Shown in pieces: positions 1 to 13,703 of a DNA stretch of 64,000 nt. The translations under genes were made by a program, and so were the position numbers. The stretch's first letter is position 1; each line of letters starts with the position of its first letter. The stretch covers positions 1 to 64,000 of the forward strand of contig RSEE01000035.1 of the NCBI GenBank assembly GCA_003971905.1, read 5' to 3'. The notes beneath the pieces were generated by a model. That model saw nothing but the letters and a program-made list of their open reading frames with translations. It ran no database searches and was not told where the DNA came from. This stretch comes from Moniliella sp. 'wahieum'. Lineage: Eukaryota.

Positions 1-27
1 CCTAACCCTAACCCTAACCCTAACCCT
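1..27 (+). repeat. Telomeric repeat (CCCTAA)n, chromosome left end
   Basis: Window begins cctaaccctaaccctaaccctaaccct (4.5 units), the C-rich strand of TTAGGG telomeres. Confidence 0.93.
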
Positions 28-498
28 GCGGGCGCGACGATCATGAACGTTTCTTCCATCCTTGGTATTGTTCCCTTTAGCATCATCAATCCCGGGTACG
101 TCCTCTGGTGCAATGGTGCGGCGGGTGAGACTGACCAGGCCGGGGCACGATGGTGCGCACGGATGATCAGGTATAATGGCACCAAGGCGTATTTGCACTT
201 CTACACCATGGCGCTTCGTGCGCAGCTGAAGGACACCAACATCAAGGTCGTCGAGATTATCCCGCCGGGCGTACACACCCATCTGCATCGCGACCGTCGC
301 GACCCGGACGACAACAAGCACACGGCACTGACGGCGGATCAGTTCATGGCCGAACTGGCGCAAGGATGGCAGGCGAATTTGGACGAAGTCTCAGCGGGAC
401 CTGGGCCGGCGATGGTCCAGGCTTGGGACCGGACTTTCCGCGCCCAATTCGACGCGTCTGCCCAAGCATATGATCCCACAACCGCTCGTCCCATGTGA
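28..498 (+). pseudogene. 5'-truncated short-chain dehydrogenase/reductase (C-terminal half only)
   Basis: Reads AGATIMNVSSILG, then an in-frame intron (96-170, gtacgt..cag), then the YNGTK catalytic YxxxK motif and LRAQLKDTNIKVVEIIPPGVHT. The N-terminal Rossmann GxxxGxG part is absent and the telomere abuts directly. Confidence 0.85.
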
Positions 499-962
499 GC
501 TGATGCGCGGGGAGGGGCTGCCATGTGGAGATCAGAAGGGCAATCCATCCTTGACGATGGGGTCCTTATCCTCTTGGAATCCAGCAGGCACGACGCACTA
601 CACCGCGTCTTTTAAATTGTCAGCCAGGAGGACAGCCTGAACGGCAGTGAGGGGGAGGTGGGTGTTGGCCATGCAGGCGATCATTGATCCTCCCCCAGGG
701 TGACTAACATGGGTTGTTTCGGTCCTCCCTCCAGCCGCGTGTGCTACGAACAACTGCATTCCTTGATTGGCATCATGCACATGTGCACTTTCTCATCGAA
801 TTTGTTCTTAAGTGTGGCTAGAAAAGTGAGGTGCCGTGTGCATAGGAGCAATGTACTTTGGATAGACAGGAGATGGATCAGAACAGGCAGGTGCACGAGA
901 CAATAGGAACAGGGCTAAGTTTGTTGGTGCCAAGACAGGTTGAACACCGGGTTTGCTTTTTT

Positions 963-3243
963 TTAGTCATGGGCCAAAACAAGGACGGTACGGGTAGGGA
1001 TGTAGAGTTGGAGGAAATGGTCGCGTCCGTTCCAGGGCAAGTTGGTGGAGAAGTATTCGGTCGAGTGATCCACGCGGCCATGCCCGCCTACCTCTTTGGC
1101 ATCCGAGTCGAGCACCACCTTGTACTTGCCCGGCCAGGCCGTGCCCACCCGATAGTCCGTGTACGACCGCGTCGCATCAAAGTTAAACACAAACAGCAAG
1201 TTGGCCCGCTCAAATACCAGCACCGGTCTGCCTCATGCTTTAGCGATACATACGCCTGCGGTGCAGCGAGCCATTTGTAGGTCGTCTCGAGGTCGTTCAT
1301 GCTCTTGTCCCACAGCCATAGATACTTGTACCGCAGCAATCCGTCCTTGACCAAGTTGAACTGCCGGCGAGCATGGAGGAAGGCTGTTCCCGTTGCCTTC
1401 GCGAGGAAAGTCGAGCCATTCGGGATGACCAAACTCATTTCCAATAAAGTTGAGGTAGCCTTCGCCACCCAAGGCTGAAGTGAGGAGGCGGATCATCTTG
1501 TGCAACGATAGGCCACGGTCAATGACCGGTGTCCGCTCGGTCAAGTCCGACATGTTGGTGTACATTTCAGCGTCCATGAGCCAAAAGGCAAGTGTCTAAG
1601 GGAAAAGGAGGGTGTGTGAGCAAGTCTTGCAAGGCAGTTCAAGGCAGGGGAGAAGAGAAGAAGCAAGATAGAGCGTACCTTATCTCCAACCAACGCTTGA
1701 TCGTGGCTCTCAGCATACGCAATCGACTTTTCCCCATGACGGCGATTGGTCAACGTCCACACAATGCTGCCCAAATCCCAGTCTTCGTCAGATTGCTCCT
1801 TGATCAGTTTGATCCACATGTCAGGCACAGCCATGCTGAGTCGGTAGTCGAATCCCACGCCACCCTCCGCGACGGGGCGGCACAAGCCCGGCATGCCCGA
1901 CACGTCCTCCGCAATGGTCGTCATGGAGCCTTGGTGAAGAGAGTGGAGCATATCGTTGGCCAACTGCAGGTAGCACACGCTTTCCTCGTCCACGTCAGGG
2001 CCAAAGTACTCGTGGTATCCACCGCTGAAGCCCGTTCCAATCCCGTGATGTCTGCATGTGAAAAGAGAGGCCGGGGGTTCAGAGTCAGCAAACCAAGTTC
2101 GTATGAAGAAAGGAGAGGGAGGAGAGAGAAGAGACGTACGTGTACAACATGCTTGTCACCATCGAAGCGGAAACCATCAAAACCGTATTCGTCCACCCAG
2201 TATCGGCAATTGGACAAAAGGAAGCGGAGCACCTCCCAGTTGCCATAGTTGAATGTACGAGAGTCCCAAAGGTCATGGCGGCCCTTGGGCCCTCGTGAAA
2301 GTAGAGGTGGTCCGTTCCGTCAAACATGTTGAGCCCGTCGAGAACATTTTTGGACGAGTGGCTATGCACAATGTCGAGGAGCACTGTGAGGCCCAACTGA
2401 TGGGCCGTGTCGACGAGTTGCTTGAGGTCCTCGGGAGTGCCGTAGCGGCTGCTGGGGGCAAAGAAGGACGTGACTTGGTAGCCAAAGCTTGCGTAGTACG
2501 CGTGTTCCTGCACAGCCATGAGCTGAATCGTGTTGTACCCCAGGTCCTTGATCATAGGCAGAACGTCGCGGGTAAATCCTTGTACGTGCCTACGCGCTCG
2601 TGGGGGGTGGCGATGCCCACGTGCGATTCATAGATCTTGATGTCGACGGGAGCCTTGGGCCGCGGATGCTGGAGCACGTACCGCTCCTCGGGCGGAGGGT
2701 TCCAAAACACCGCATCGTACGCCGGCGACACACTAAGGTCTTGGGTCACGCGGTTGATCCAGGCGGGCAGACGGTCGATGCGCTCGCCAGCGGGGGTGGT
2801 CATGCTGATCTTGATCTTGGACTGGTGGGGGATGGCCGGCTTGCCACCCACGGGGGGGACAGTGACGGACCAGACGCCAAACTGGTCGCGGGTCATGGGG
2901 TTGGCATGGGGGTCCCAGTTGTTGAAGTCGCCGATGAGCGAGGCGGTCTCTGCGCCGGGCGCCCACTCGCGGTAGACGATGGCGCCGGTGGCGGGGTCGG
3001 GGTGGAGGCCATAGCGCTGGTAGCCCAGGGAGAAGTGGGCGAGGCTGCCCTCGGCGGCGACAATGCGCTGCTTGTAGTCGGCGTAGCGGGCATGGCGCTT
3101 GCGCAAGACGGGCGCGTAGGGCTCCAGCCACGGGTCTTGTGCGATGAGGCGCGTGCCGTCGGTGGCCTTTGCGTAGTCCGGGGGCGGCGGGGGGCGGCGG
3201 GAGCAGCAGCGGCAGCAGCAGCAGCAGCAGCAGCAGCAGACAT
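963..3243 (-). CDS. GLC3: 1,4-alpha-glucan (glycogen) branching enzyme, GH13; introns and frameshifts
   Basis: Motifs [96 protein letters not shown] across stitched frames. N-terminal poly-Ala from a CAG/GCT repeat at ~3202-3239. Confidence 0.96.
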
Positions 3244-6200
3244 GGTGGACACGCAGAGCAGAGCCAGGCGGGCGGCGGGCAGAGGAGAGGATGGGTGGCC
3301 TGCGTGCGTCTGTTTGGGCCGGCAGGATGGATCGATGGGTGGTCCATCCACTATCGCCCCAGATGCACCGCCGAGCACCCCAGCCGAGCCACGGGGGGCC
3401 CGTGCGCTGGACGCCAAGGCTAGGGTTGCATGTGCCACTGGCACTGCGTACGTACTGAGTGGGCAGGACTGACTGATTATCGATTATCGTTCAGGTTGAA
3501 CGTTGCGCCAGCGTTCGACAGAAGGAACCGGTGCTCGGCTAGGCCTGGCCAGGCGCGTCCCCGCCCTCCCCGCCGGCCCACTTTGACGCACCGTGGGGGT
3601 GCGGGAGCAAGCAGTACCCCCGTGGGGCCACGTGCTGTTGCCACGTGTGACCATCACGCCGGGAGATGAGGGAGGCAGGAGGCAGGATGGTCGATGGGCT
3701 GCGAACGTAGGCCGACACGGTTTGAATCTGGATCCGCTTGTCTCCCGATCAACGATTGGATCGATTGGATCAGCGTCGGGGGGACGTTGGCGCTGGGCAT
3801 GAGATCTGAGTATCCGGGTGGGAGCGCTTGGGAACCCACATGTCAAACGCCCTGTTTTGCCACTCCCCAACGGGTGGCACCTATCGACTCTGGCTCGACC
3901 AGGGCTGCGTGTGCGGGCCCTCTGCGCGCATCACATTGCAACCCTCCTAGTGGGCCCGATGGCCCCAGCGCTGAGGCAGCTGGGCGCCTCCGTCCCAACG
4001 CCTCTCGCTGCATGTCAACCCTAGCATGCTCACACCCGCCCTCCCGTCTTCCCCCCGCGTCAGCCATCAGATCATCCACCCCTCCACGCAACAACCGACC
4101 ATCGCCACACATCGCCCCGCCCGCCTCCACTCCTGGTGTCCTCTGCAGGGCGAACGCCACTTGCGCTGGACAGCTGACAGAGTTTGACCCGCAACAAACC
4201 CCCGCGGTGGCGATGATGGGGTTACGATAGGCTACGACCACACCCTCCGTACAATCACCACCTCGCACCCGCATCCGGTCGGTGTCGGTGGCAGGCCGGT
4301 CGGGTCGCGCAGGTCCAATTGAGGTGGCACAACGCCAAATGGCCAATCGCGCCTCGCCCACTCCGTGGCACTGGCTAGGACAGCGCTGGTTGCCAGTTAC
4401 AACTCACTGTAGCCTACACGCCATCGTTTGTACACACCAGGCGGGGCGTCGGTACGCAGAAGCTGCGTCTTTCTTGGGGCGCAGCCGTGCTTGTCGTACT
4501 GTGAGAACAGAGGGACATATGTGCCTCCGGCTCAAAGAGGCGATAGGGCGACCCGAATTCGCAGCGAGGCGAGCGTGGTCAATGTGTTCCTAGGCACACT
4601 GATCACGTTGGTCAACACAAAACACGAGATTGTAGGCCGGTTGACTGACTGTGCTTGCCAGTCAACCCGGGGCGGGAATCTGAACCACGAGAGGGGGGAA
4701 GGTATGCCGCGGATGCCAACTGAGCACGGTCGTTGGCATGCATTTTTGAGATGGACGAGAAACGAACATAGGCCAGTGGCAACGAGGCGGTGGGGACGGA
4801 GGAGACAGAGAGTACCCATGGCGTCTCCTCATTCAGCATGTTCGGGAACCCGGGTAAGAGAAGCATGAGGGCCAACTGGGTCAGAATACGAGCAAATGCC
4901 ATCTGGACCGCTATCTACCCCAAGTTACCGCATGGTCGAGGGTATGTTCGAAATGGGAGGAGTGCGCCCAGCACCGCAATTGGGAGGCAGAGAGCACTTG
5001 GATTTGCCCGTCGAGTGCCTCCCGCCCTCCAGTCCCAGTAGGCGGCCAAAGTGCACCTACACGAGTCCCATGCCTGGGGCCAAAGGGGCGAGGAACTCTC
5101 GCGGGGAAAGAAAGAAAAGTTAGTGCGCCTCTTCGAGGGAAAATTGAAGCTAGGAGTCTTACGCGGCGGTACATGTGGGCGGGCGGACCAAGCTTCTTCA
5201 CTGGAATGCCACCCCCCCCCATTCGGGAGACCAGCACAATGTCCACTCAACAGCCGAGAAACGTTGCTTTCCTTTGCCTTGAACCCAGCTCTGAATGTAG
5301 GTAGCAGAATCCAAATCCGAAGCCACAACAGAGGGATAGCGTCCATAGTTCGTGCATCCCTTCGGACCAACGGCATATAGCTGCATAATGGAGACATAAA
5401 CAGGTAGCGAAAGGGGATTGGACGAGGACGAGGATACCAAACCGGGGTCGAGGTCGGTAAAGAGGTATAGTCAAAAACTTGTTAGCGACGGAACTGAATG
5501 CGCATGGTTCTCGCTATGGCATCCCAAACGGTTTTTGCTGTGTTGTTGTTTCTGTGCTTGTAAGGCCGAGGGCATGGCTAGGGGTGACCGGTGAAGGCGT
5601 CCAAAATATTCTTTGTCTCTTCTGCTAGTAATGTGAAAAGAACGCTTTGATCGCAACCGATGGATGGAAAGCGAAAAGACAAAAAAGCAGCACATTGACA
5701 GAGAATAGCTGTGGCTCAGTGCGAGCTTCTGAGAGGGGGGTCAACTGAAACGCCTGGATTGCCGTGTCTGACGTACTTGATGGTGGGGTCAACGGTCCCC
5801 ACTGCACCAAAGCCAGCATGTCAGCACGGGGACAGACAGGAAAAGTGTTGTTGCTGCTGCTTCGGGACCAACAAATGGTGAGGCCCACTAGATGCTTACC
5901 CCGCGTGACCGCTCGATCTCATATTATAGTTTGGCTGATCTCGCCCCCATTTCCAATTCCTTCGTCTCGAGCGTATCGCTCCTTCCCTGTTTCTTCCACT
6001 TCGCACCATGTCATCTGTTCTTGCTTCTTCCCCACGAACGATTGCTCCATCCCTTAGCCTAGTCCCGACTCTGGTCTCCCTCGCCTTTTAGCCCCTACCT
6101 TGACACGCACCCACCAGTTCTTGCAATCAGTTCTTGGACCTGGGCTACAATTTACCCCGCTCTTTCAGAATGTGGCCAGAGCCAAGACCAAGTGTTGAAT

Positions 6201-7737
6201 AATAGAGGCGTACCCAGCGGGGCCCGACGAGGCAACCAAAGGAGGTAAGGCAAACGGAGAATCCCTTGGACTAGTGAAGCTTGAAGCTTGCAGCCGCAAG
6301 CGTTAGCCGCTCAGGCTGAGCGCTGACAAAGGAAGAAGGGAAGACAGCTTAATTTGAGCGCTGAGCCTCGGCGCTGGCTGATGCGTGATACAGCGGATAT
6401 TCTCGTGGGGGGATCCCTATCACATGCATCAATCAAGGGGGTTGCGACGATCACATGCGATGACGCACAACTATCAGAAAACTGAGCTGAGACTGAGCGC
6501 TGAGGCTGAGAGGCTCAGAAGTGCAGAAGCGCTCAGAAGCGCTCGGGCCTCCTCAGGGCTGGCTCAGGAACCACAGTCCAGAACGTTCAACGTTGCAGGA
6601 AGGTATTGAGAGTCTTCTCCATGTTGCGTCCATTTCATTGACAGAGCTTTAGGCTGGGACAGGGGGAACGCTACGTCTAAACCTAACCGTTCATCTTGCG
6701 GGGGTTACTTAGTCCATTGTATTGAGAGGGTGTCGCGATCGTCTGTGGTTATAAAGGCCTTTTAGGTATTTATCCTGTAATCAACTTTCCTTCGTCTCCC
6801 GGCCCTTCCTGGCCATGTCTACTCCCCTCAACCCACGAATCCTTTTGTGGGTCTACTCATCTTCCCCAGACTCTTAAATAAAAGGAACCAATAAGCATTG
6901 CAGCGGCGTACTCGTCCCACACTCCTTTATAATTCCCACTCGCACTCTGGCGTAAACACAAGTGACAGGCACTCAGGCACACTCCAGCCAAAGAACAATA
7001 GTAACTAGTAACTAGTAACTAGTAACCTGGTACATGGTAGCCCCAATATGATGGCACTTTCGGGAGGGGCAATATTCAATCGGGTATTGCACTTTTGTTA
7101 GATCACCTGATCGATCACGCATGTCAGGGTTAGGTCTTGGCAGGATTAAATAAGGCCTAAAGGCCTAAGGGAGACGACGATGCCGATGACCGATGCAATG
7201 AGCGTCTGAGGTCTACTCTAGTGATCGGCATGCCTGAATGAAGCACTGTGCGAATGCACTGAGAGTACGAAGGTACTGAGAGCACTGGGGCCGATGAGGC
7301 CGATGAGGATCGACGCGCAACGAGAGCCTCTCCCTTTCTTCGTAGGCTGTTTTCACTGTCTCGACTTCGGCGCTGTGTGGTGAAGGTCATCGTGCATGAC
7401 GTCACACAGTGGGCGAGGGGGGGGCAGTAGGTAGTGTGCTGGTGTTGAGGCGGTCAGCTTGAGAGCTCCGACACAACCTGCATGACTGGCAGGACCGTCT
7501 TGATGCGCCTGAGGTCGGGTGGCCCCGTGTGTGACCGAGACATATGGTGACTTATTTGTGACTGCATGACGTGTTGTCGAATCGTTGATGCTCTCGGGCT
7601 CCTTCTTCTGGCCCCCAGGATCAAAGCGCAGTGGCCCCAACAGAAGATAGATATAAGGCCCACCCCCCTGCCCAACCCTCGACACCCGCCAGCGTCTCCA
7701 TCGCCTTCGTTGCTCTCCTCCGTCCACCCTTTCCGTT

Positions 7738-8936
7738 ATGGCTCCGTCCCTCCCAACTCCCTGATCCTCGTCACCTCCGGCAGCGGCTTTGTCGGTGCGT
7801 GGGTGTGCGAGTACGCGCTGCGTGCTGGCTACCGTGTCCGCACCACCGTCCGCTCCGCCGCCAAGGGACAATACCTGCAGCAGATCTATGCCAAGTACGG
7901 AGACAAGTTTGAATATGTGATTGTGGAGGACCTGCGTACCAAGGGTGGCTTGATGCCGCCGTTCAAGGTGTGAAGGGTGTGATCCATACCGGCTCGCCCG
8001 TCGACAGCGACCCCAGCCTCCACCCAGACGACAGCTTGATTGCCCCCGCAGTGCAAGGGACGACGAACGTGTGGAAGCTGTGCAAGCCCAGGGTTCTGTC
8101 TCCCGTATCGTCCTCACCTCCTCCACCTCGGCCATCATTGAGCCCGACGCTGCCGCCAACGCCGTCTTCACTGCCGACGACTGGAACACGGCTGCGCTTC
8201 AGCTCTACCGCGCCGACCCAACCGGGGAAGGCAAGAAGCACGGCTACGAAGCTTCCAAGGTCCTTGCTGAGCGTGCGTGGGACTTTATTGAAACCCACCA
8301 ATCCGCGTTTGACTTGACCACCATCTGTCCCACCGTCATCTTTGGCCCGCCCATTCAAGCCGTCGCAGCGCCCGAGAAGCTCAACTTTTCCCTCCGGATC
8401 CAGTGGGAGCTGTTTGCGGGTAAGGTCCCGTTGGACAAGTACCAAGAGCCCATGGGAGGGTATGTGGATGTGCGTGACGTGGCGGAGATGCACGTCAAGT
8501 CCCTTTCCGTGCCTGCAGCAGGCGGACAACGGTACGTCCTCCTCCTTTTTGAATCATGTGGTGAACCCTGTGTTTGGCTTTGTATCTAACCCATCTTGTC
8601 TTATCCGGAACAGCATCCCCGCGTATGCCAACACCTACACGTGGCAAGAGTTTAGCGATGCAGTGCACGCCTCCGAGGTGGCTACGCCCGAGTTGAAGCA
8701 GCGCGTTCACGAGGGTCGTCCGGGCAGCGGTTGTGGGCGTGATTCAGACTCGTGTGGATGGTAGCAAGGCGGAGAGTGTGCTCGGTGTATTCTACAAGAA
8801 TGTTCAAAAGATTGTGGATGGGGAGATTGTTGCGTTCAACGACTATTTAAGCGTGGCTGGACAGGCGTACCGAGCGCCGAGGTTCTCGCACTCAACTAAG
8901 CGTCTGCCGACCCATCAAAGAACTATGAATTCATGA
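7738..8936 (+). CDS. NAD(P)-dependent epimerase/dehydratase family, aldehyde reductase II / Gre2-like
   Basis: LILVTSGSGFVG, GYRVRTTVRS, VIHTGSP, PAVQGTTNV, RIVLTSS, YEASKVLAERAW, YVDVRDVA. Intron near 8532-8613. 3' end uncertain. Confidence 0.88.
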
Positions 8937-9360
8937 TAATGGGCGCTGAGCTACTAAAGCCGCGGTCTAACTTTAGAAGGACGTGAAATCAGACTGAGGA
9001 GCGAGGTAGAGTAGGTGCATCCCATCATAGAGGTGGCGCGCAGAGAGTACGAGGACGTGCACGATGATTCTATACATGATGCACGGGGGGGGGATGGTGC
9101 GAGGTAGCAGAAGCCCCCAGCAAACGGCTCCCTGACAATGGGATGGTCATGAGTGCTCAATGCTCAACAGGTCTATCGTAGGAAAGCGGACGAAAAACGC
9201 AGGGTATGTTGGCACGGGATGATAAAAATTACAGTTTCCTGAGGTAGGGGAACATTATGCCCGTTGAGACAACGAGAGCCCACAGGCCGCAAGCCTGATG
9301 AGCCAGACGCAGAAACCTCTCCAGAAGCAAAGAGAGGCCGCAGAATGATCACCTTCCTCA

Positions 9361-10785
9361 TTAGGGCGCAGGCTCTGCGATTGGCTCGGGGAGGCGGTAC
9401 AGTCGGTGTTGATTAATGTAGTTAATCACAGAGTTGGGCAAGAGGTACTTGACGCTCATGCCCCTCTTGATAAAGAGGCGTACCTTGCTGGAGGAAATGT
9501 CGTTGTACTAACACGGAAGCCCACGTCAGTGCCACAATTTACCACAGTTGCAACGACGGGGGAAACGGGGGAGAGGTAATACGTACGATCGTCTGTTTAA
9601 TAACAAGCAGGTGTTTGCGCTCAGCCCAGAGCAGGTCATGGGACAAGAGGAAGGACCAAACGTCGGCTCCCGTGCGTTCAACGATCAAGCATCCAAACTG
9701 ACCCAGAATGTGTCGCAAATCGGCCTCAGCCCAGACCCCGGGCTCGCCCATGCTCTGGATCAAGTCGCCGCCGGCCAAGAGCATGATCCGCACGGGCTTA
9801 CGAGTGCCATCACTGAGCAAGATTCCACCCTCGGTACATTTGTTGAGGCATTCATCGAAATGGTCCAGGACGACAGCCGTGCGCTGGTACTCGTCTTGAA
9901 GCGATTCCCATGCGTCCACCATGAGCCAGGTGGACGTCTTCTCCACTGCTAGCTCACACATGCGCACTCTGTGCGTAGAAGGCGCCAAGCCGGCCTTTTT
10001 GTAATGGTCCGAAACGGGCGAGTAATACCCGGCCAACAGTTCGTATTTCCCCGACTCCAAGATGGCATCCTTGGCCATCTCAAAGATACGCAAGTGGAGA
10101 TAGGTGGGGGGAGAAAAGGAACCACAGGCCACAATGACGAGGGGGGTCTTGGATTCGTCGTGCATGCGTTGAGGCAGGCGATGTTTGGGAAAAGAGTACT
10201 CTGCTTTGGTCTGCGCCTGTACCGGCACTCGAATCTGGGAGAGATCTGCGTCGGCATCCACCTCGTCTTCGCCGGTCAGGACCGAGGTGGAGTCCTCAAT
10301 GCCATCGACATCGTTGTGGAAGCTGGAGTACAACGGGCGCTCGGGATCGGCGCGATGTAGCCCGTCGAGATTGAAGGCGCTCACGTCGGCATTCCGATGC
10401 ACGTGGGGCGAGAGAGGCGTCGCAGCAGCAGAGCCAAGCGGGGCGGGAGGGTGAGGGTGTGGCTGGGCATACGGCGTCGTGCCGGGGGAGTGGGCTTCGG
10501 CCTCGGGGCGTCGGGGAGCGCCTGGTCGGGCAGGACGCCGTCGGAGCCAACGGCGGTGCCAATAAACGGAGGGCTGTCGAGCTGGAACGAGTTGACGCTC
10601 AGAGCGGCAAACTTGAGTGACGACGGCCCGCCGGGACCGGTGGTGCTGTCGGTCATGCGGGGCATGGCGCGTTGCATCTGCGCCACCGAGGGCGAGGGCG
10701 AGGCGTGCGACGACGCGCGGCTGGCGGGACCAGTCGTCTGTGGTCGGCCTCTCTCGGGGCTCTCAGGGCTTGCGACGGCCGGCAT
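9361..10785 (-). CDS. NMA1: Nicotinamide/nicotinate mononucleotide adenylyltransferase (NMNAT)
   Basis: PLVIVACGSFSPPTYLHLRIFEMA, RVRMCELAV, WLMVDAWE, IMLLAGGDLIQSM. After an intron the last exon reads YNDISSSKVRLFIKRGMSVKYLLP...PAP*. Confidence 0.95.
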
Positions 10786-11565
10786 GGAGACGAGGACAGG
10801 GTGGACGGGGATAAGGACGGGCGGCGATGCTGGTGGGAGGAGCGGGCGGTAGTCGTCGACCAGGATGACTGAGATGATCGGTGATTGATGACGATGAACG
10901 GGGCTGGTGTGCCCCAATCGCAACAGTGCGCTAGTACGGCCAACCCTAGCTGCGGTTATATCCATAGCCCCGAATCACCTCGATCATCGATCATCGATCG
11001 CTGTTCGGTTTAACGTTTAACGTTTACGATTAACCCTGTTCTGCCTTGTGAATTGCTTCGGCAGCCATCGGGAACCCCGAGGAACCACCGGGAAACCCAT
11101 CTAGACTGCGGCGAACCCGGCGGGGTCGGGTTAGATCTTCGATTCGGACGCAATTGGGCTGCGCACTACCCCATCAATAGGACCAATAACAATGCGGTTA
11201 GCGGTGCATCTCTCTTGAACGTGGCAGTATGAAGGTGTTGAAGCACCCCTCCTTGCCCACCGAGATCGCGCTCTCGCCAATGCTTCGCCCACTAGCCTTG
11301 GCCTATACGGCCTAAGCTAAGGCCCGAGCTATTATTATCGTCGAAATGTGCATTGGAGCAAGTAGAGCCAGCGCGGGGAAGCGCCACGGGGGGGCAATCG
11401 AGCCCGGCTCAGACTGGAGCTGAGCGCCAAGAGACCGGTGGAACGGTATACAGTCTGGTTCAATGGAGAGGTCTGATGAACAGCATGCAAAACAGACCAA
11501 ACCTGGCCGGATGTGGTAGAGGGAGGAAGCAAGGGACGAAAGGACACTTGCACGCGTGATGAGGC

Positions 11566-12183
11566 TTAGGCGTCGGACTCCTCCTCGACAAGCGTATCGT
11601 AAGTGTCCTTCTTGAGCAGCGTTTCCACCTCGGCCGGGTTGGCCAGGCGAACCTTGAGTAGCCACCCCTTGTTCTCGGGGGACTTGTTGATCAAACCGGG
11701 GTTGTCCTGCAGCGCCTCGTTCACCGCCTCCACAATGCCCGACACGGGCGCATAAATGTCGGAGGCGGCCTTGACGGACTCAACACCTCCAATCGAGTCT
11801 GTCCATACGGATGAGTTAGTATGAGCGGCAGGTGGATCACACGTAATAAGAAGATACGTACCACCGGCCTCAAACTCGACGCCCAGGCCAGGGAGGTCAA
11901 TGAAGGTGGTGTCGCCCAGCGTGTTCTGGGCATGGTCCGTAATACCAATCGTGCCAATGTTCAGTTCAGTGTCGTAAGCGATCCACTCATGTTCCTTGGT
12001 GTAGCGCGTGACGATCTCCAAAGCCCGGGGCGAAGTGTGGAGGGCGCGGGCGGACAAGGCAGACACGGCGACGCGGCGAGGCAGGGCAGCGCTGCGTAGG
12101 GCTGAGGGACGCGCGGCGGCGGCAAGAGTCGGAGCAAGACGGGCCCCGAGAGCAGCGCGGGCAAAGACGGTACGAGCAGCCAT
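11566..12183 (-). CDS. GCV3: Glycine cleavage system H protein, mitochondrial
   Basis: Arg/Ala-rich presequence, RYTKEHEWI, GITDHAQNTLGD, lipoyl motif VESVKAASDIYAPVSG, INKSPENKGW. One in-frame intron. Confidence 0.96.
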   Translation of the reverse strand: MAARTVFARAALGARLAPTLAAAARPSALRSAALPRRVAVSALSARALHTSPRALEIVTRYTKEHEWIAYDTELNIGTIGITDHAQNTLGDTTFIDLPGLGVEFEAGGTYLLITCDPPAAHTNSSVWTDSIGGVESVKAASDIYAPVSGIVEAVNEALQDNPGLINKSPENKGWLLKVRLANPAEVETLLKKDTYDTLVEEESDA

Positions 12184-13703
12184 GATGAGAAGAGTGGTGC
12201 GGGGCCTGGCTGTGGTGGTGGTGAGGCGGCGCTGTTTGGCGTGGAAGCTGGAGCTACTTGCCCAGTGTCCAGGTGCTGTCTCCGCTCCTAGTCGGCTCAG
12301 TGATTGCCAGCTAGTATCAGCCGCCGCTCTGGCTGACAATTCCTTGCGTTCGGCGCAAAAAGAAAGCAGCAGACAAGTCTCTTGCAGCCCAGCTGGGGGC
12401 CTCGGTGAACACAGCCGCCGTGCCTTGACCACGTGACAACGCACCAGGGCTCAGCCAGCCGGCACGTGACGTGGCCGTGAAAGAAAAGACGAAGCTGGAG
12501 AAGCGGTCTTCCGCCAAACCGAAGCCAGCATCCCGCTAATAGCAGGTTTGGGGTGGTGGTTGGGTGCAATACTCCATCCGTTAGGTACGCCTTCTGAATA
12601 ACTTCCATGTCATCACTCAATGTGCGTGCGCAGGTGGACCAAAAAACTCCAGTTAGGGCGCATCAAGGCCATCATGAACCATCACAGGACGGTCTCGTGC
12701 CTGGCGAAGAGATAATATAGTGGACATGATCAAACTGTTGATAACAACAACAGCAAGTCCTCCGTCAAGGGATCTATACTTGACGACTTCTCTCTAACTA
12801 TGCCACAAGCTAATAAACCGGATGACACACTAGACAACTGACGAAGAAAAGCCCCTTTAATTCGAGTCGGCCATCGAGAGATCGATATTCCCTGACCCTC
12901 TCACACAACACTGAGGTGGGTGGATCGATCCTGCCTCTGGTCGAGAGGCCGCGGAAGCGGAAGGGAAGGAGGCTGGTATCAGGGATAATCGATAACCGGA
13001 ATAACCAGCCCTACGCGCATGGGATGTCTGGAACAAAATGCGAAGACTTCCGCATACCTGTGGTTTCGCTGTAAAAGTCAATGGCATGTGTGTTATCCGC
13101 TCACTCCATTCTCTAACAAACTTCAATCATAATATAACCACGTTTTGTCCCCTGTTATTGGCAGGAAACGTGTACTGGGGGTTGGAGAGGAGTGTGCGTC
13201 TTTAGATTGAAGTAGATCAACCGACAGGGAGAGAGTCGAAAGTACTGAGGGATGTTTTGGTCTGTAGGGAATAAGAGAAATGTGATGCATAGAAGCCATC
13301 CTTGTCAGCCTCGTGTAGGAGAGGTACATTAAGTACAGGAAGAAAAGATGACATGCTCCACCAACGAGACATGACTGGACGTGAGGCGTGAGGCCTGAGG
13401 CCTGTGAGGATCCTAAGGGGAGTGGGGGAAAAGACCTTGGTAAACCTATAGGGAGACCTCGGTGATGAGGTAATTTAGACCACATATGGTCATGTTACAC
13501 TGTGTGTGACTCGGATAACCACAGGGCAGTCTTGACGTAGACACAGCCCAGGCAAGGGATACAAGAGGAACGTGGATGAGCACAGCCGGGATCAGCACTC
13601 AGCCCCTGCGCAAGCTCATGGCTCATCCGCTCGCTGTCGCCCCGTGGCAAAATACCCGTATAACGAAAATACGGGCGCTTATAGTACAAGCGCCACGCCA
13701 TGT

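Noticed and set aside
3700..6100. Short ORFs upstream of GLC3, and ORFs at 14977-15850, 20905-21874 and 53820-55700
   Set aside because: No recognisable domains or consistent frame. They may hide degraded genes but cannot be supported from sequence alone.
11035..11310. Possible structured ncRNA (RNase P/MRP, SRP) between NMNAT and GCV3
   Set aside because: A few hairpins (gcttcggc) are present but I found no convincing conserved boxes. More simply the NMNAT promoter. An Infernal/Rfam scan would settle it.
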